Below are positions 1 to 12,200 of a DNA stretch of 64,000 nucleotides, one piece after another. Below the pieces are notes generated by a model, which saw only the letters and a program-made list of their open reading frames with translations, made no database searches and was not told where the DNA came from. The first letter of the stretch is position 1; each line of letters starts with the position of its first letter. This stretch comes from Dendrobates tinctorius (Eukaryota): positions 47,616,001-47,680,000 of the forward strand of contig NW_027361696.1 of NCBI RefSeq assembly GCF_039654945.1. Direction: 5' to 3'. The position numbers and the translations under genes are program-made.

Positions 1-2103
1 TGCAGTCACTGTGTACATACATTACTGATCCTGAGTTACATCCTGTATTATACTCCAGAGCTGCACTCACTATTCTGCTGGTACAGTCACTGTGTACATA
101 CATTACATTACTGATCCTGAGTTACATCCTGTATTATACTCCAGAGCTGCACTCACTATTCTGCTGGTACAGTCACTGTGTAAATACATTACTGATCCTG
201 AGTTACATCCCGTATTATACTCCAGAGATGCACTCACTATTCTGCTGGTGCAGTCACTGTGTACATACATTACATTACTGATCCTGAGTTATAACCTGTA
301 TTATACTCCAGAGCTGCACTCACTATTCTGCTGGTACAGTCACTGTGTACATACATTACATTACTGATCCTGAGTTACATCCTGTATTTTACTCCAGAGC
401 TGCACTCACTATTCTGCTGGTACAGTCACTGTGTACATACATTACTGATCCTGAGTTACATCCTGTATTATACCCTAGAGCTGCACTCACTGTTCTGCTG
501 GTGCAGTCACTGTGTACATACATTACTGATCCTGTACTGATCCTGAGTTCCATCCTGTATTATACCCCAGAGCTGCACTCACTATTCTGCTGGTGCAGTC
601 ACTGTGTACATACATTACATTACTGATCCTGAGTTACATCCTGTATTATACCCCAGAGCTGCACTCACTATTCTGCTGGTGCAGTCACTGTGTACATACA
701 TTACTGATCCTGAGTTCCATCCTGTATTATACCCCAGAGCTGCACTCACTATTCTGCTGGTGCAGTCACTGTGTACATACATTACATTACTGATCCTGAG
801 TTACATCCTGTATTATACCCCAGAGCTGCACTCACTATTCTGCTGGTGCAGTCACTGTGTACATACATTACATTACTGATCCTGAGTTACCTCCTGTATT
901 ATACCCCAGAGCTGCACTCACTATTCTGCTGGTGCAGTCACTGTGTACATACATTACATTACTGATCCTGAGTTACATCCTGTATTATACCCTAGAGCTG
1001 CACTCACTATTCTGCTGGTGCAGTCACTGTGTACATTCATTACATTACTGATCCTGAGTTATATCCTGTATTATACTCCAGAGCTGCACTCACTATTCTG
1101 CTGGTACAGTCACTGTGTACATTCATTACATTACTGATCCTGAGTTACATCCTGTATTATACTCCAGAGCTGCACTCACTGCTGTGCTGGTGCAGTCACT
1201 GTGTACATACGTTACTGATCCTGAGTTACATCCTGTATTATACTCCAGAGCTGCACTCACTATTCTGCTGGTGCAGTCACTGTGTACATACATTACTGAT
1301 CCTGAGTTACATCCCGTATTATACTCCAGAGCTGCACTCACTATTCTGCTGGTGCAGTCACTGTGTACATACATTACATTACTGATCCTGAGTTATAACC
1401 TGTATTATACTCCAGAGCTGCACTCACTATTCTGCTGGTACAGTCACTGTGTACATACATTACTGATCCTGAGTTACATCCTGTATTATACCCTAGAGCT
1501 GCACTCACTATTCTGCTGGTGCAGTCACTGTGTAAATACATTACATTACTGATCCTGAGTTACATCCTGTATTATACCCTAGAGCTGCACTCACTATTCT
1601 GCTGGTGCAGTCACTGTGTACATACATTACTGATCCTGAGTTACATCCCGTATTATACTCCAGAGCTGCACTCACTATTCTGCTGGTGCAGTCACTGTGT
1701 ACATACATTACTGATCCTGAGTTATAACCTGTATTATACTCCAGAGCTGCACTCACTATTCTGCTGGTGCAGTCACTGTGTACATACATTACATTACTGA
1801 TCCTGAGTTACATCCTGTATTATACACAAGAGCTGCACTCACTATTCTGCTGGTACAGTCACTGTGTACATACATTACTGATCCTGAGTTACATCCTGTA
1901 TTTTACTCCAGAGCTGCACTCACTATTCTGCTGGTACAGTCACTGTGTACATACATTACTGATCCTGAGTTACATCCTGTATTATACCCCAGAGCTGCAC
2001 TCACTATTCTGCTGGTGCAGTCACTGTGTACATACATTACATTACTGATCCTGAGTTACATCCTGTATTATACCCCAGAGCTGCACTCACTATTCTGCTG
2101 GTG
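1..2103. repeat. 81/86-bp tandem satellite (continues beyond window start)
   Basis: Unit TGCAGTCACTGTGTACATACATTA(CATTA)CTGATCCTGAGTTACATCCTGTATTATACTCCAGAGCTGCACTCACTATTCTGCTGG, about 25 copies. Confidence 0.97.
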
Positions 2104-2284
2104 GCCAGGTTGTGGGATATTTTGGGACTTCCTGTGTCTCCCTTATTTCCTAACCCTATAGTCAGATCCTCCTTAGCCATAACGGCTGATAAGAGGGAGC
2201 ACTAGCTGACATTCATCTCACAGCTGTTCCTTTACATCTGCTACTGTCTGAACTGTACACACAGCTCGGTATTTGGAGCTGCTG

Positions 2285-2905
2285 ATGAACCACAAGTCCC
2301 AACAAACCCGCAGGAGCCTCCCTGCCCCCTGCACTCACCTCACATTCCCAAACTGATCCCTCCAGGAGAAAGTCACACAGAAGACGAACATGTGACCTGG
2401 AAGTTGTAAACAGAGCATGCTGGGATATGTAGTCAGGAAATCTACCACAACCTGAGCAGTACTACATTTCCCAGCATGCCAAGGATCGCCAATCGCAGAG
2501 AGACAGTGGCTGCTGAGGGACACATTTGTGCAAAGGAGACCGTATAACTGTTCGCCACTTTTAATGCAACGTGTAGTACAGGAGCGGGATCCGCACTGCG
2601 CGCACCCACTCATCCTTCCCGCTTGTATCACCTACACGTCTAGGAAGCTCCGCCCTCCTCTGTCATGTGACCGTCACCAGACTTGTAAGGTTTCCTATTT
2701 TCTGGTTATTTTAGTATAATCAAACATTTTTATATTTACTTTATTTTCCTTTTGTTGTTTTTACGATTTTGACGAGAATTTGAAGAAAAATACATAAGGG
2801 TATAGGGAGCAGTTTTACGTTTGGCCATCGGATGGCAGCACTGTGACTATCTACGCTTTAACTCTGTTGCTATGGTGACTGATAGGAACCTTTCACTCCC
2901 GGAAC
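2285..2905. promoter_or_regulatory. SMG9 (probably bidirectional) promoter
   Basis: Two ZNF143/THAP11-type ACTACAnnTCCCAGCATGC motifs in opposite orientation (2415-2433 on -, 2461-2479 on +), GTCATGTGAC E-box 2662-2671, RFX X-box GTTGCTATGGTGAC 2866-2879, ETS CCGGAA 2899-2904. Confidence 0.7.
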
Positions 2906-2980
2906 CTCCTGCGCGTCCTGTGTTTCCTGGTCAGCCATTTGCTGGTTTACTGATGATGAACAGACGAAAGGAGAGAGCTG
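2890..2980 (+). other. SMG9: Probable SMG9 non-coding exon 1 (5' end approximate)
   Basis: Strong donor CTG|GTGAGT at 2980/2981, downstream of a CpG- and motif-rich promoter region; exon 2 has an acceptor upstream of the ATG, so an upstream exon is required. Confidence 0.7.
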
Positions 2981-3134
2981 GTGAGTGACAGCGGGGACTC
3001 GGGGGAGTGGGGACTCCATGTGAAAGGCTGGATGTGCAATGCTCCTATTCTAGGCAGAAGACTATCATGGTGTGTCCTGAAAATGTATTCCTCTCTGTAG
3101 CTGTGCTGAGCAGTGTCCTAAAGAACCCCCCCTG

Positions 3135-4200
3135 CAACGTTGCCGTTCGGCGCTGCCCCCCACTAGGACGCTGCTGCCCACCCTCTCCAGGACATTGCCG
3201 ACCTGGGCTGTCCCCCTGCTAGGACGTTGCTGTCCGGGGCTGCCCCCCCCCGCTAAGACGTTGCTGTCCGGGGCTGCCCCCCCCCCTGCTAGGACGTTGC
3301 TGTCCGGGGCTGCCCCCCCCCTGCTAGGACGTTGCTGTCCGGGGCTGCCCCCCCCCGCTAGGACGTTGCTGTCCGGGGTTGCCCCCCCCCGTTAGGACGT
3401 TGCTGTCCGGGGTTGCCCCCCCCGTTAGGAAGTTGCTGTCTGGGGCTGCCCCGCCGCTAGGATATTGCCGTCCAGGGCTGCCCCCCGCTAAGACGTTACC
3501 GTCCGGGGCTGCTCCCCCGCTAGGACGTTACCGTCCGGGGTTGCCTCCCCCATTAGGATGTTGCTGTTCGGGGTTGCCCCCCCGTTAGGACGTTGCCGTC
3601 CGGGGCTGCCCCCCCTGCTAGGACGTTGCCATCCGGGGCTGCCCCCCCCCCTGCTAGGACTTTGCCATCCGGGGCTGCCCCCCCCCTGCTAGGACGTTGC
3701 CATCCGGGGCTGCCCCCCCCGCTAGGACGTTGCCATCCGGGGCTGCCCCCCCCGCTAGGACGTTGCCATCCGGGGCTGCCCCCCCCCGCTAGGACGTTGC
3801 CATCCGGGGCTGCCCCCCCCCCCGCTAGGACGTTGCCGTCCGGGGCTGCCCCCCCCTGCTAGGACGTTGCCGTCCGGGGCTGCCCCCCCCTGCTAGGACG
3901 TTGCCGTCCGGGGCTGCCCCCCCCTGCTAGGACGTTGCCGTCCGGGGCTGCCCCCCCCTGCTAGGACGTTGCCGTCCGGGGCTGCCCCCCCCTGCTAGGA
4001 CGTTGCCGTCCGGGGCTGCCCCCCCCTGCTAGGACGTTGCCGTCCGGGGCTGCCCCCCCCTGCTAGGACGTTGCCGTCCGGGGCTGCCCCCCCCCTGCTA
4101 GGACGTTACCGTCCGGGGCTGCCCCCCCCCCCGCTAGGACGTTGCCGCCTGGGGCTGCCCCGCCGCTAGGATATTGCCGTACGGGGCTGCCCCCCTGCTA
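3135..4200. repeat. GC-rich ~31-35-bp minisatellite in SMG9 intron 1
   Basis: GCTAGGACGTTGCCGTCCGGGGCTG(C)n unit. Confidence 0.95.
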
Positions 4201-4433
4201 AAGAGGTATCTCCCCCCGCCATGATGGGGAAGGGCTCTCCTTTATAACGATGGCGGCCACGGCTCCCTTCCCCCTGCTGCCTCGGTAATGACCAGAGAAT
4301 AACGATGTTGACCACAGGACGCTGTGAAACCTCCTTATTGTTTTCAGGATCTCTGCTGTCAGTGACTGATTTTGAAAAGAACGAGAAATCAGAAAACTCG
4401 GGGCAGAAGAATCCGTCTCTGTACTAACTAATC

Positions 4434-4589
4434 ATGTCTGACTCCGGGCACAGCCAGCCCAGCATGTACGTCCCCGGGCGCACCAGAAGACGACGCTGGA
4501 TGGACCAGGGCCCACCGGGGAACCTCAACCTGTCTGAGCCCGGCCGGGAGCGGGACCCCATGCTGCGAGACCGGGAGCAGGATAAATGG
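4434..4589 (+). CDS. SMG9: SMG9 coding exon 1 (exon 2; acceptor at 4347, 5'UTR from 4348)
   Basis: ttttcag|4348; ATG at 4434, MSDSGHSQPSMY...DKW|gtaagt. Confidence 0.93.
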
Positions 4590-6143
4590 GTAAGTGTAGA
4601 GCCGGAGTCACAGGGTGCTGACCATTGGCATGTGCAGGGCTGGACTGACCCCTACTGGCAGCATCCGGTATTACATAATTGTGACAACTGTAAGGCGTAT
4701 TACAGCTTTCCTTGGGTCCTGACAAGCAACCCTACAAAATTGTAGCAAGATTTAGCCTTAAATCTATTTTTCTTTATCAGAGTCTGTTACTTTCCTTATT
4801 TTCAGGATGGAAATGAGGACAACTCCGCCTACACCATGCAGAAAACCCCCATCATCCTGGCTAAGCCCGCTGCCGAGCGTGTGAGTGGATGGAGCTTAAC
4901 ATTGCCTTGTGCCGTTCCTCTGTTATTCCTCCTGGTGCTTTTTGTTGTTCATTTTATTTTTTTCCCCATTCTTTTAGCCAAAAAATGCCACGTCCGCTAC
5001 CCCCGCTCTGGAGAAGCCCATTGTACTTATGAAGGCCAGAGAAGAGGGAAAGCCGCAACCGACGGCAGAGGGCACAAGCCTGACGCCCACTGCTACCGCC
5101 ACCGCCAAGGTAGAGAAAGAAGGGCAACGCCCCACGCAGCCTGTGTACCAGATCCAGAACAGAGGCATGGCGGCTGCAGCGGCAAATGCCGGCGGTAACG
5201 TGGATCGTAAGTGCTGGGTCATGTAGTTCTCCACATCCAGTTATTGTGCAGTCGCCTTACAAGTTCTTCTTCTCTTCTGTCCTCACAGCCGTGGTCGGGC
5301 AGGCGAAACTTCTCCCTCCACAGAAGATGAAGCACAGCATTAAGCTGGTTGACGAATACATGAACTGGTGCGACAGCGCCATCGAGGTGCGGCTTCTCAT
5401 TTTGGGGTTTTATTATGGCTGGATTGGGTGGTAAAAAATCTATATATTTTTTTTTTTATGGGACTGACTCAATCAGATTTTAAGACCCCCATCAGATAGC
5501 TGCCCACCAGCTGGCTCTAGTTCGTTTTTGCCCCTTCCGGCTGGCTGTACCCAGCAGTATATTCACGCTCTGTACGTTTATTGCAGTTCTTGCTGGATCA
5601 GACAGACGTCCTGGTCGTCGGCATCCTCGGCTCACAGGGCACTGGCAAGTCCACCATGATGTCTCTTCTGTCCGCCAACTCTCCAGATGACGACCAGAGG
5701 TGAGGACCCCCATGTTCTAATGGTAGTCTACAGGTGACATCTATAGTAGAGCCGCTGAAAGATCAAGACAGGAAACATGTCTAATTGTTGATCTTCATTT
5801 TTCATGAACTTTCGATTTTGCGTTTCCGTTTTTTTTTTTTACCTCCTTTTCTTCCCAGAGCCATAACTCTTTTATTCTTCTGTCCACACAGACATACTGT
5901 TTCTTGTTTATTGGAGGGTGATTTGTGCTTTTGATTGACACGGTTCATTTTACCGCATAGTGTGCTTGAGAATGGGAACAAATTTCCAAGTTCAGTGAAA
6001 CTGTGAAAAACAAACACAATTCTGACATTGTTTTATGGGAGTTTTTTTACTGTGTATATTTTGTGGTAAAAATGACCTCACGATATTGAGGATATTCTGC
6101 TCATCAGTACGATTATAGTGACACCTAACATGTCCAGTATTTA

Positions 6144-6213
<70 letters not shown>

Positions 6214-9200
6214 TTAATGGTGAAAAAAAATCTGAAGTTTGCAAAAAATTATTTTTGGGTCGTGTCGCCATTTTCCAAAACATTTTTATTTTTTGGCCGA
6301 TGGAGCGGTGTGGTGGCTTATTTCTTGAGGGATGACACCAGATTTTTATTAACAGTATTTTGGAATATTTGTGACTTTTTTGATCGCTTCGGGGGGGAAG
6401 AAAAGTCAGATCACCACTTTCAGATGCAGCTTGTCTCAGTATAGTTCATTGCACGGAGCCGTCCTAGTCTGGGGACGTGAACACCAAATGCCAAAAAAGA
6501 CGAGATTTTCAACCAGCGATGACGGAATTGAATGTATAGTAAAATAATTCACATTTATTGATCCAATATTAAAAACCCCTTTGTAAGAGCCATGTAGAAT
6601 GGCTGATGTGTTTATTCCCTTGGAAATAGCTGGGGAAAGGATGGTACCTAATGTAGGTGGCTTTTTCACTACAAATCTAACGTCCAATTTTTTTTTTTTA
6701 ATTTTTTTTTTAGATTTTTGCAAGTCTTGCTTTAGCATTGGCAGGTATTTTTTTCTTTTTTTTTAATTAGATTTACTATATCCATAATATCTGCATCCGT
6801 GCTAGACTCCATGTTATCATTTTCCTGGGATGAATGTGTGTGTACATATAAATAAATGTGTGTGTTAAAAAAATAAATAAATAAATATATATATTAGCTG
6901 AAGAGCCCGGCGTTGCCTGGGCATAGTAACCAACTGTGGTTAGTGGTAACAAATTATAATGATTATATTGCACATAAAACCATTTCACATCATATATTCA
7001 ACACTACAGATTTGCAACACAAACTAAATGATTACCCAAGTATCCTCTCCTGTGTGATACTTTCTGCTGAGCCGTGTATCTAATCCTATCCTGTGTGATA
7101 CTGACTGCTGAGCCGTGTATCTAATCATCCCGTGTGATACTGACTGCTGAGCCATGTATCTAATCCTATCCTGTGATACTGACTGCTGAGCTGTGTATCT
7201 AATCCTATCCTGTGTAATACTGACCGCTGAGCCATGTATCTAATCCTATCCTGTGATACTGACTGCTGAGCTGTGTATCTAATCCTATCCTGTGTGATAC
7301 CAACTGCTGAGCTGTGTATCTAATCCTCTCCTGTGTGATACTGACTGCTGAGCCGTGTATCTAATCCTATCCTGTGTAATACTGACTGCTGAGCCATGTA
7401 TCTAATCCTATCCTGTGTGATACTGACTGCTGAGCCATGTGTCTAATCATATCCTGTGTAATACTGACTGCTGAGCCATGTATCTAATCCTATCCTGTGT
7501 GATACTGACTGCTGAGCCATGTGTCTAATCATATCCTGTGTGATACTGGGCTCCCCCTGCAGTCTGTGTCAGAGGGTGGTCTGTGTCGGCATGGTAATAA
7601 ATTGTGTTATTTCCAGTTTTACAGAAGGACGATAACACCATAGAAATGATAAGAATAATAGGCCTCAGTTACCACAGCTGTCTACAAAGAAAACTGTTGC
7701 TGATAGCAACCAATCACAGCTCATTTTTCATCTTTTAAACAGCACTGGGACAGCGTGGCGAGTTTTGAGTGGTGACTTTTGTGTGTCGACTTTTATGTGG
7801 CGAGGTTGGTGTATGTGTGGTGAAATGTGTGCTGAGGGTGGTATATGTGTTGAAGCACGTGGTAGTGTGTGGCGCATTTTGTGTGTGTGTTCATATCCCC
7901 GTGTGTGGTGAGTATCCCATGTCAGGGCCCCACCTTAGCAACTGTACGGTATATACTCTTTGGCGCCATTGCTCTCATTCTTTAAGTCCCCCTTGTTCAC
8001 ATCTGGCAGCTGTCAATTTGCCTCCAACACTTTTTCTTTCACTTTTCCCCCATTATGTAGATAGGGGCAAAATTGTTTGGTGAATTGGAATGCGTGGGGT
8101 TAAAATTTCGCCTCACAACATAGCCTCGGGGTCCAGACGTGTGACTGTGCAAAATTTTGCGGCTGTAGCTGCGACGGTGCGGATGCCAATCCCGGACATA
8201 CACACACACACACACACACATACCCACATTGAGCTTTATATATTAGATATATATACCGCTGCTGCCGGCGGCCATATGTGCCACTACTTAAGAGAAATGA
8301 ATATTCTGAATATTCGTTTCTCTTAAGTAGCGGCACACATGACCGCCGGCAGAAGCAGGAAGATGGTGGCTGACACTGCGCGCTACTGAAGAGCGATGAA
8401 TACTCACTGCTCTCTGTGATGAACAGTCCCGGTGAGTATTCCGGCAGCTGTGCTCTGCTTGTGAGCAGCGCATAACGTCCCTGCCATGTGATGCTTACAA
8501 GCATTAAGCGGCTACTGGCACCGGAGCAGGACACTGAGAGGGAACGGAGGAAGGTAAGTGTAATGGTTTTTTTTTTTTTAATCTTTTCTGATGGGGACAA
8601 TCATACCAGGATCAGGATGGGGCCAGTCATAGCAGGACTGGGATGGTGACCAATCGTACCAGGTTGAGGATAGATTCCCTGCATACCAGGATAGAGATGG
8701 GGCCATGCATATAAGGACGAGATGGGGACCCTGCATACCAGTATAGGGATGAGGGTGATCATTCCTGCCAGGACCTGGATGAGGGGGGCCATGCATACCA
8801 GGATCTGGATGAGGGGGGCCATGCATACCAGGATCTGGATGAGGGGGGCCATGCATACCAGGATCTGGATGAGGGGGGCCATGCCTACCAGTCTCTGGAT
8901 GAGGGGGGCCATGCCTACCAGGATCTGGATGAGGGGGCCATGCCTACCAGGATCTGGATGATGGGGGCCATGCATACCAGTATCTGGATGAGGGGGGCCA
9001 TGCATACCAGTATCTGGATGAGGGGGGCCATGCATACCAGTATCTGGATGAGGGGGGCCATGCCTACCAGTATCTGGATGAGGGGGGCCATGCCTACCAG
9101 TCTCTGGATGAGGGGGGCCATGCCTACCAGTCTCTGGATGAGGGGGGCCATGCCTACCAGTCTCTGGATGAGGGGGGCCATGCCTACCAGTCTCTGGATG

Positions 9201-12200
9201 AGGGGGGCCATGCCTACCAGGATCTGGATGAGGGGGGCCATGCCTACCAGGATCTGGATGAGGGGGGCCATGCCTACCAGGATCTGGATGAGGGGGGCCA
9301 TGCCTACCAGGATCTGGATGAGGGGGGCCATGCATACCAGTATCTGGATGAGGGGGGACATGCCTACCAGTATCTGGATGAGGGGGGACATGCCTACCAG
9401 TATCTGGATGATGGGGGGCCATGCCTACCAGGATCTGGATGAGGGGGGCCATGCCTACCAGGATCTGGATGAGGGGGGCCATGCCTACCAGGATCTGGAT
9501 GAGGGGGGCCATGCCTACCAGGATCTGGATGAGGGGGGCCATGCCTACCAGGATCTGGATGAGGGGGGCCATGCCTACCAGGATCTGGATGAGGGGGGCC
9601 ATGCCTACCAGGATCTGGATGAGGGGGGCCATGCCTACCAGGATCTGGATGAGGGGGGCCATGCCTACCAGGATCTGGATGAGGGGGCCATGCCTACCAG
9701 GCTAGGGACGAGGGGACCATATTTACCAGGATAGGGGATATTAAGTACAGAATTGACCATATTTTTGCTTCAGTTTTTTTTTTTTCTCTTCTAAAACCTA
9801 GGTGCATCTTATGGTCCTGTACGTCTTGTAGTCCAAAAAATACGGTGTATATTATGAAATGATACCGCTAAGAGAACATCATATATTTCCCTTATATATG
9901 TGCTCTGTTTATCTAGAAACTACTCTAAACTGGAATTGTCGGGCATAGACTTATTATATTGTAGGAGTAGTAGTATGGGAAGAGAAATTCCTATTTTCAG
10001 ATGTGTGTTTTTTTTTTTTTTTTTTGTAAAAAATACAATTTTATGGTCGATACATTGATGATTATTTGGAAGGGTACAGAAAAAGAATATAATAAATTAG
10101 TCTGTTACATCAACAATAATGAATTGAATTTCTCCATTACACGTGATCCCTGACAACCATCAGTCAGTTAGATATGACATTATACAATTCCACCTGTGGT
10201 TCTAATTTCCTCCTGCAGAAAACCTATGGATAGTAATTCTATGTTAGAAGGAAATTCAGGTCACCCCTCACATGCAATAAATAATATCTCGGCTGGAGAA
10301 TTAATCAGAACAAAAAGAAAACTGTTCATCCCAGGAAAATGATAACCTGGAGTCTGACAGAGTTGTAGATAGATGATAATAACATGGAGGTTATTGATGT
10401 CGTACTCTTTAAAGGAGCGGACTCCATTGTGGAGAATATAGAAATGGAACGTAACAAGTAAAAACCAAAACCAAACCTCCATGACGTTACCAACTCAATA
10501 CAGCCCACGGTATTTGGAAATAGTAAATCTAATAACAATTACCTGCCAACATGAATCAAGACAGTAAGCTTGCACTTCTGTCCTCAAATATCAGAAGTCA
10601 TATTTATAGCAAAAAAGGCAGCTACGTTAGGTACCATCCTCTCCCCCAGTTATTTCCAAGGCCATTCTACATGGCTCTTACAAAGGGGTGTTAAATGTGG
10701 GTTGTGCTTCAGGGCCATCACAAGGCTCCTGTCCACTGCGATCAGCACTACGACTGTGACATTATCCGCAGTTTCTAAACGTTTCTCCCAAAAACAGAAT
10801 GGTAATACTAAATCATTAAAAAACGCTGGAATTGAAATAGTATTTAAACCTCGAAGACTGGGCGATGAAAAGAAAAATTCTGAATAGGGAATCAAATTTT
10901 TAGCTTTATGCTCTATTCCGTCATCGCTGGAGGAAAGGCTCTTCTTTTTTTTGGTTTTTGATCACTTGTTACAGCATTATTTTGGGAATTGTATCGACCC
11001 AAAAAAACCATAATTTTGGCGTTTTTTGATCTTTTTTTTTTTTTTTTTCTCCCCCGATTTACAGTGTTTACCAATCGGTTATTTGTTTTTATATTTTGAT
11101 AGATTGGACTTTTCTGAACTCGGTGTTACCACGTGTGTAATTTTTTTATATTCTTATTTTCAATGGGCGGAAAGGGGGTTGATTTGAACCTTTTTTTTTT
11201 TTTTTTTTTTTTTTTATTAAATACTTATTACTGATTTTGTGCGCCCCCTTAGGGGTCTTGAAGCTGCAATCATCTGATCACTCGTGCTATATACAGCAAT
11301 GCTTAATAGCATCACGGTCTCCTTTGATTTTCGTCCACAGGCAGGGTTTCAAAGGAGCTCCGTAACGACAGTCACGGGGGTCATGTGCTGATCCCCGGCT
11401 GTTATGACAACCCAACGGCAACCCACAATCACGTTATGGGCGGAGTTAATGACGCACGTGCACGTCGGTGCGTGTTAAATGCCGCTATCAGAAATTGACA
11501 GTGGCATTTAACGGATTAACAATCTCAGGCGGAGCTCTGCCCATGATCGATAGCGGAAGGTCCCGGCTGTGATACACAGCCATCACCTGTCGTGTATGGG
11601 GCATGTATATATACGGTGAATGTCGTGTAGGGGTTAAAGGAATGGACCCCTCAATCTTTGATACTCCTCAAATGACGGCTCTGCTATTCCGAACTGATCA
11701 GCCACAGCCTTTACTATTTCGACAAAGAGAATGTCTGTAGAATATTGATCAGCTGCAACCGATCATTGGCTGCAGCTTTCAAGTGATTTTTTTTTAATTC
11801 TATATTGGACACTTCGTCATTTAACTGCTTCCGGATCACTCATAGGCTACAGATATCAGGTGGTCTGTGCTCTATTCCCTATTGACGTTCTAAAACGTTA
11901 CTACATAGTAGAGAGTAGGAGCAGGGAATCGGTTGTCGGACACGACCCAGCTGCACAGAGAAGGCAGAGACGGCTAATCACCATTTCTGCCTTCCCAAGA
12001 GCAGAACAAACCTGTATGTCTACAGTAATTGGGTGGGCTGACAGCGCGTTCCTCTCCAATCCCAGTGATGTTTTTAGTCCCTCCTTGGTGTCTTGACCCT
12101 GCAATCATTTTACTATTGCAGCATGTACTGCACTCTGCAATAGTTAAATGTACAATCTCCAATGAGGCCTAACCATGGGCTATGGGGGACCTTCTTAAGG

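Noticed and set aside
1-2161. Many overlapping ORFs and a CRISPR-like repeat appearance
   Set aside because: Pure tandem satellite with no unique spacers and no cas genes, in a eukaryotic context; the ORFs are repeat translations
2950-2970. CTGATGA...GAAA hammerhead-ribozyme core in SMG9 exon 1
   Set aside because: Stem II cannot pair (T opposite C) and no stems I/III were found
8601-9734. 353-aa and 264-aa repetitive ORFs
   Set aside because: Artefacts of a 30-bp stop-free minisatellite inside SMG9 intron 6
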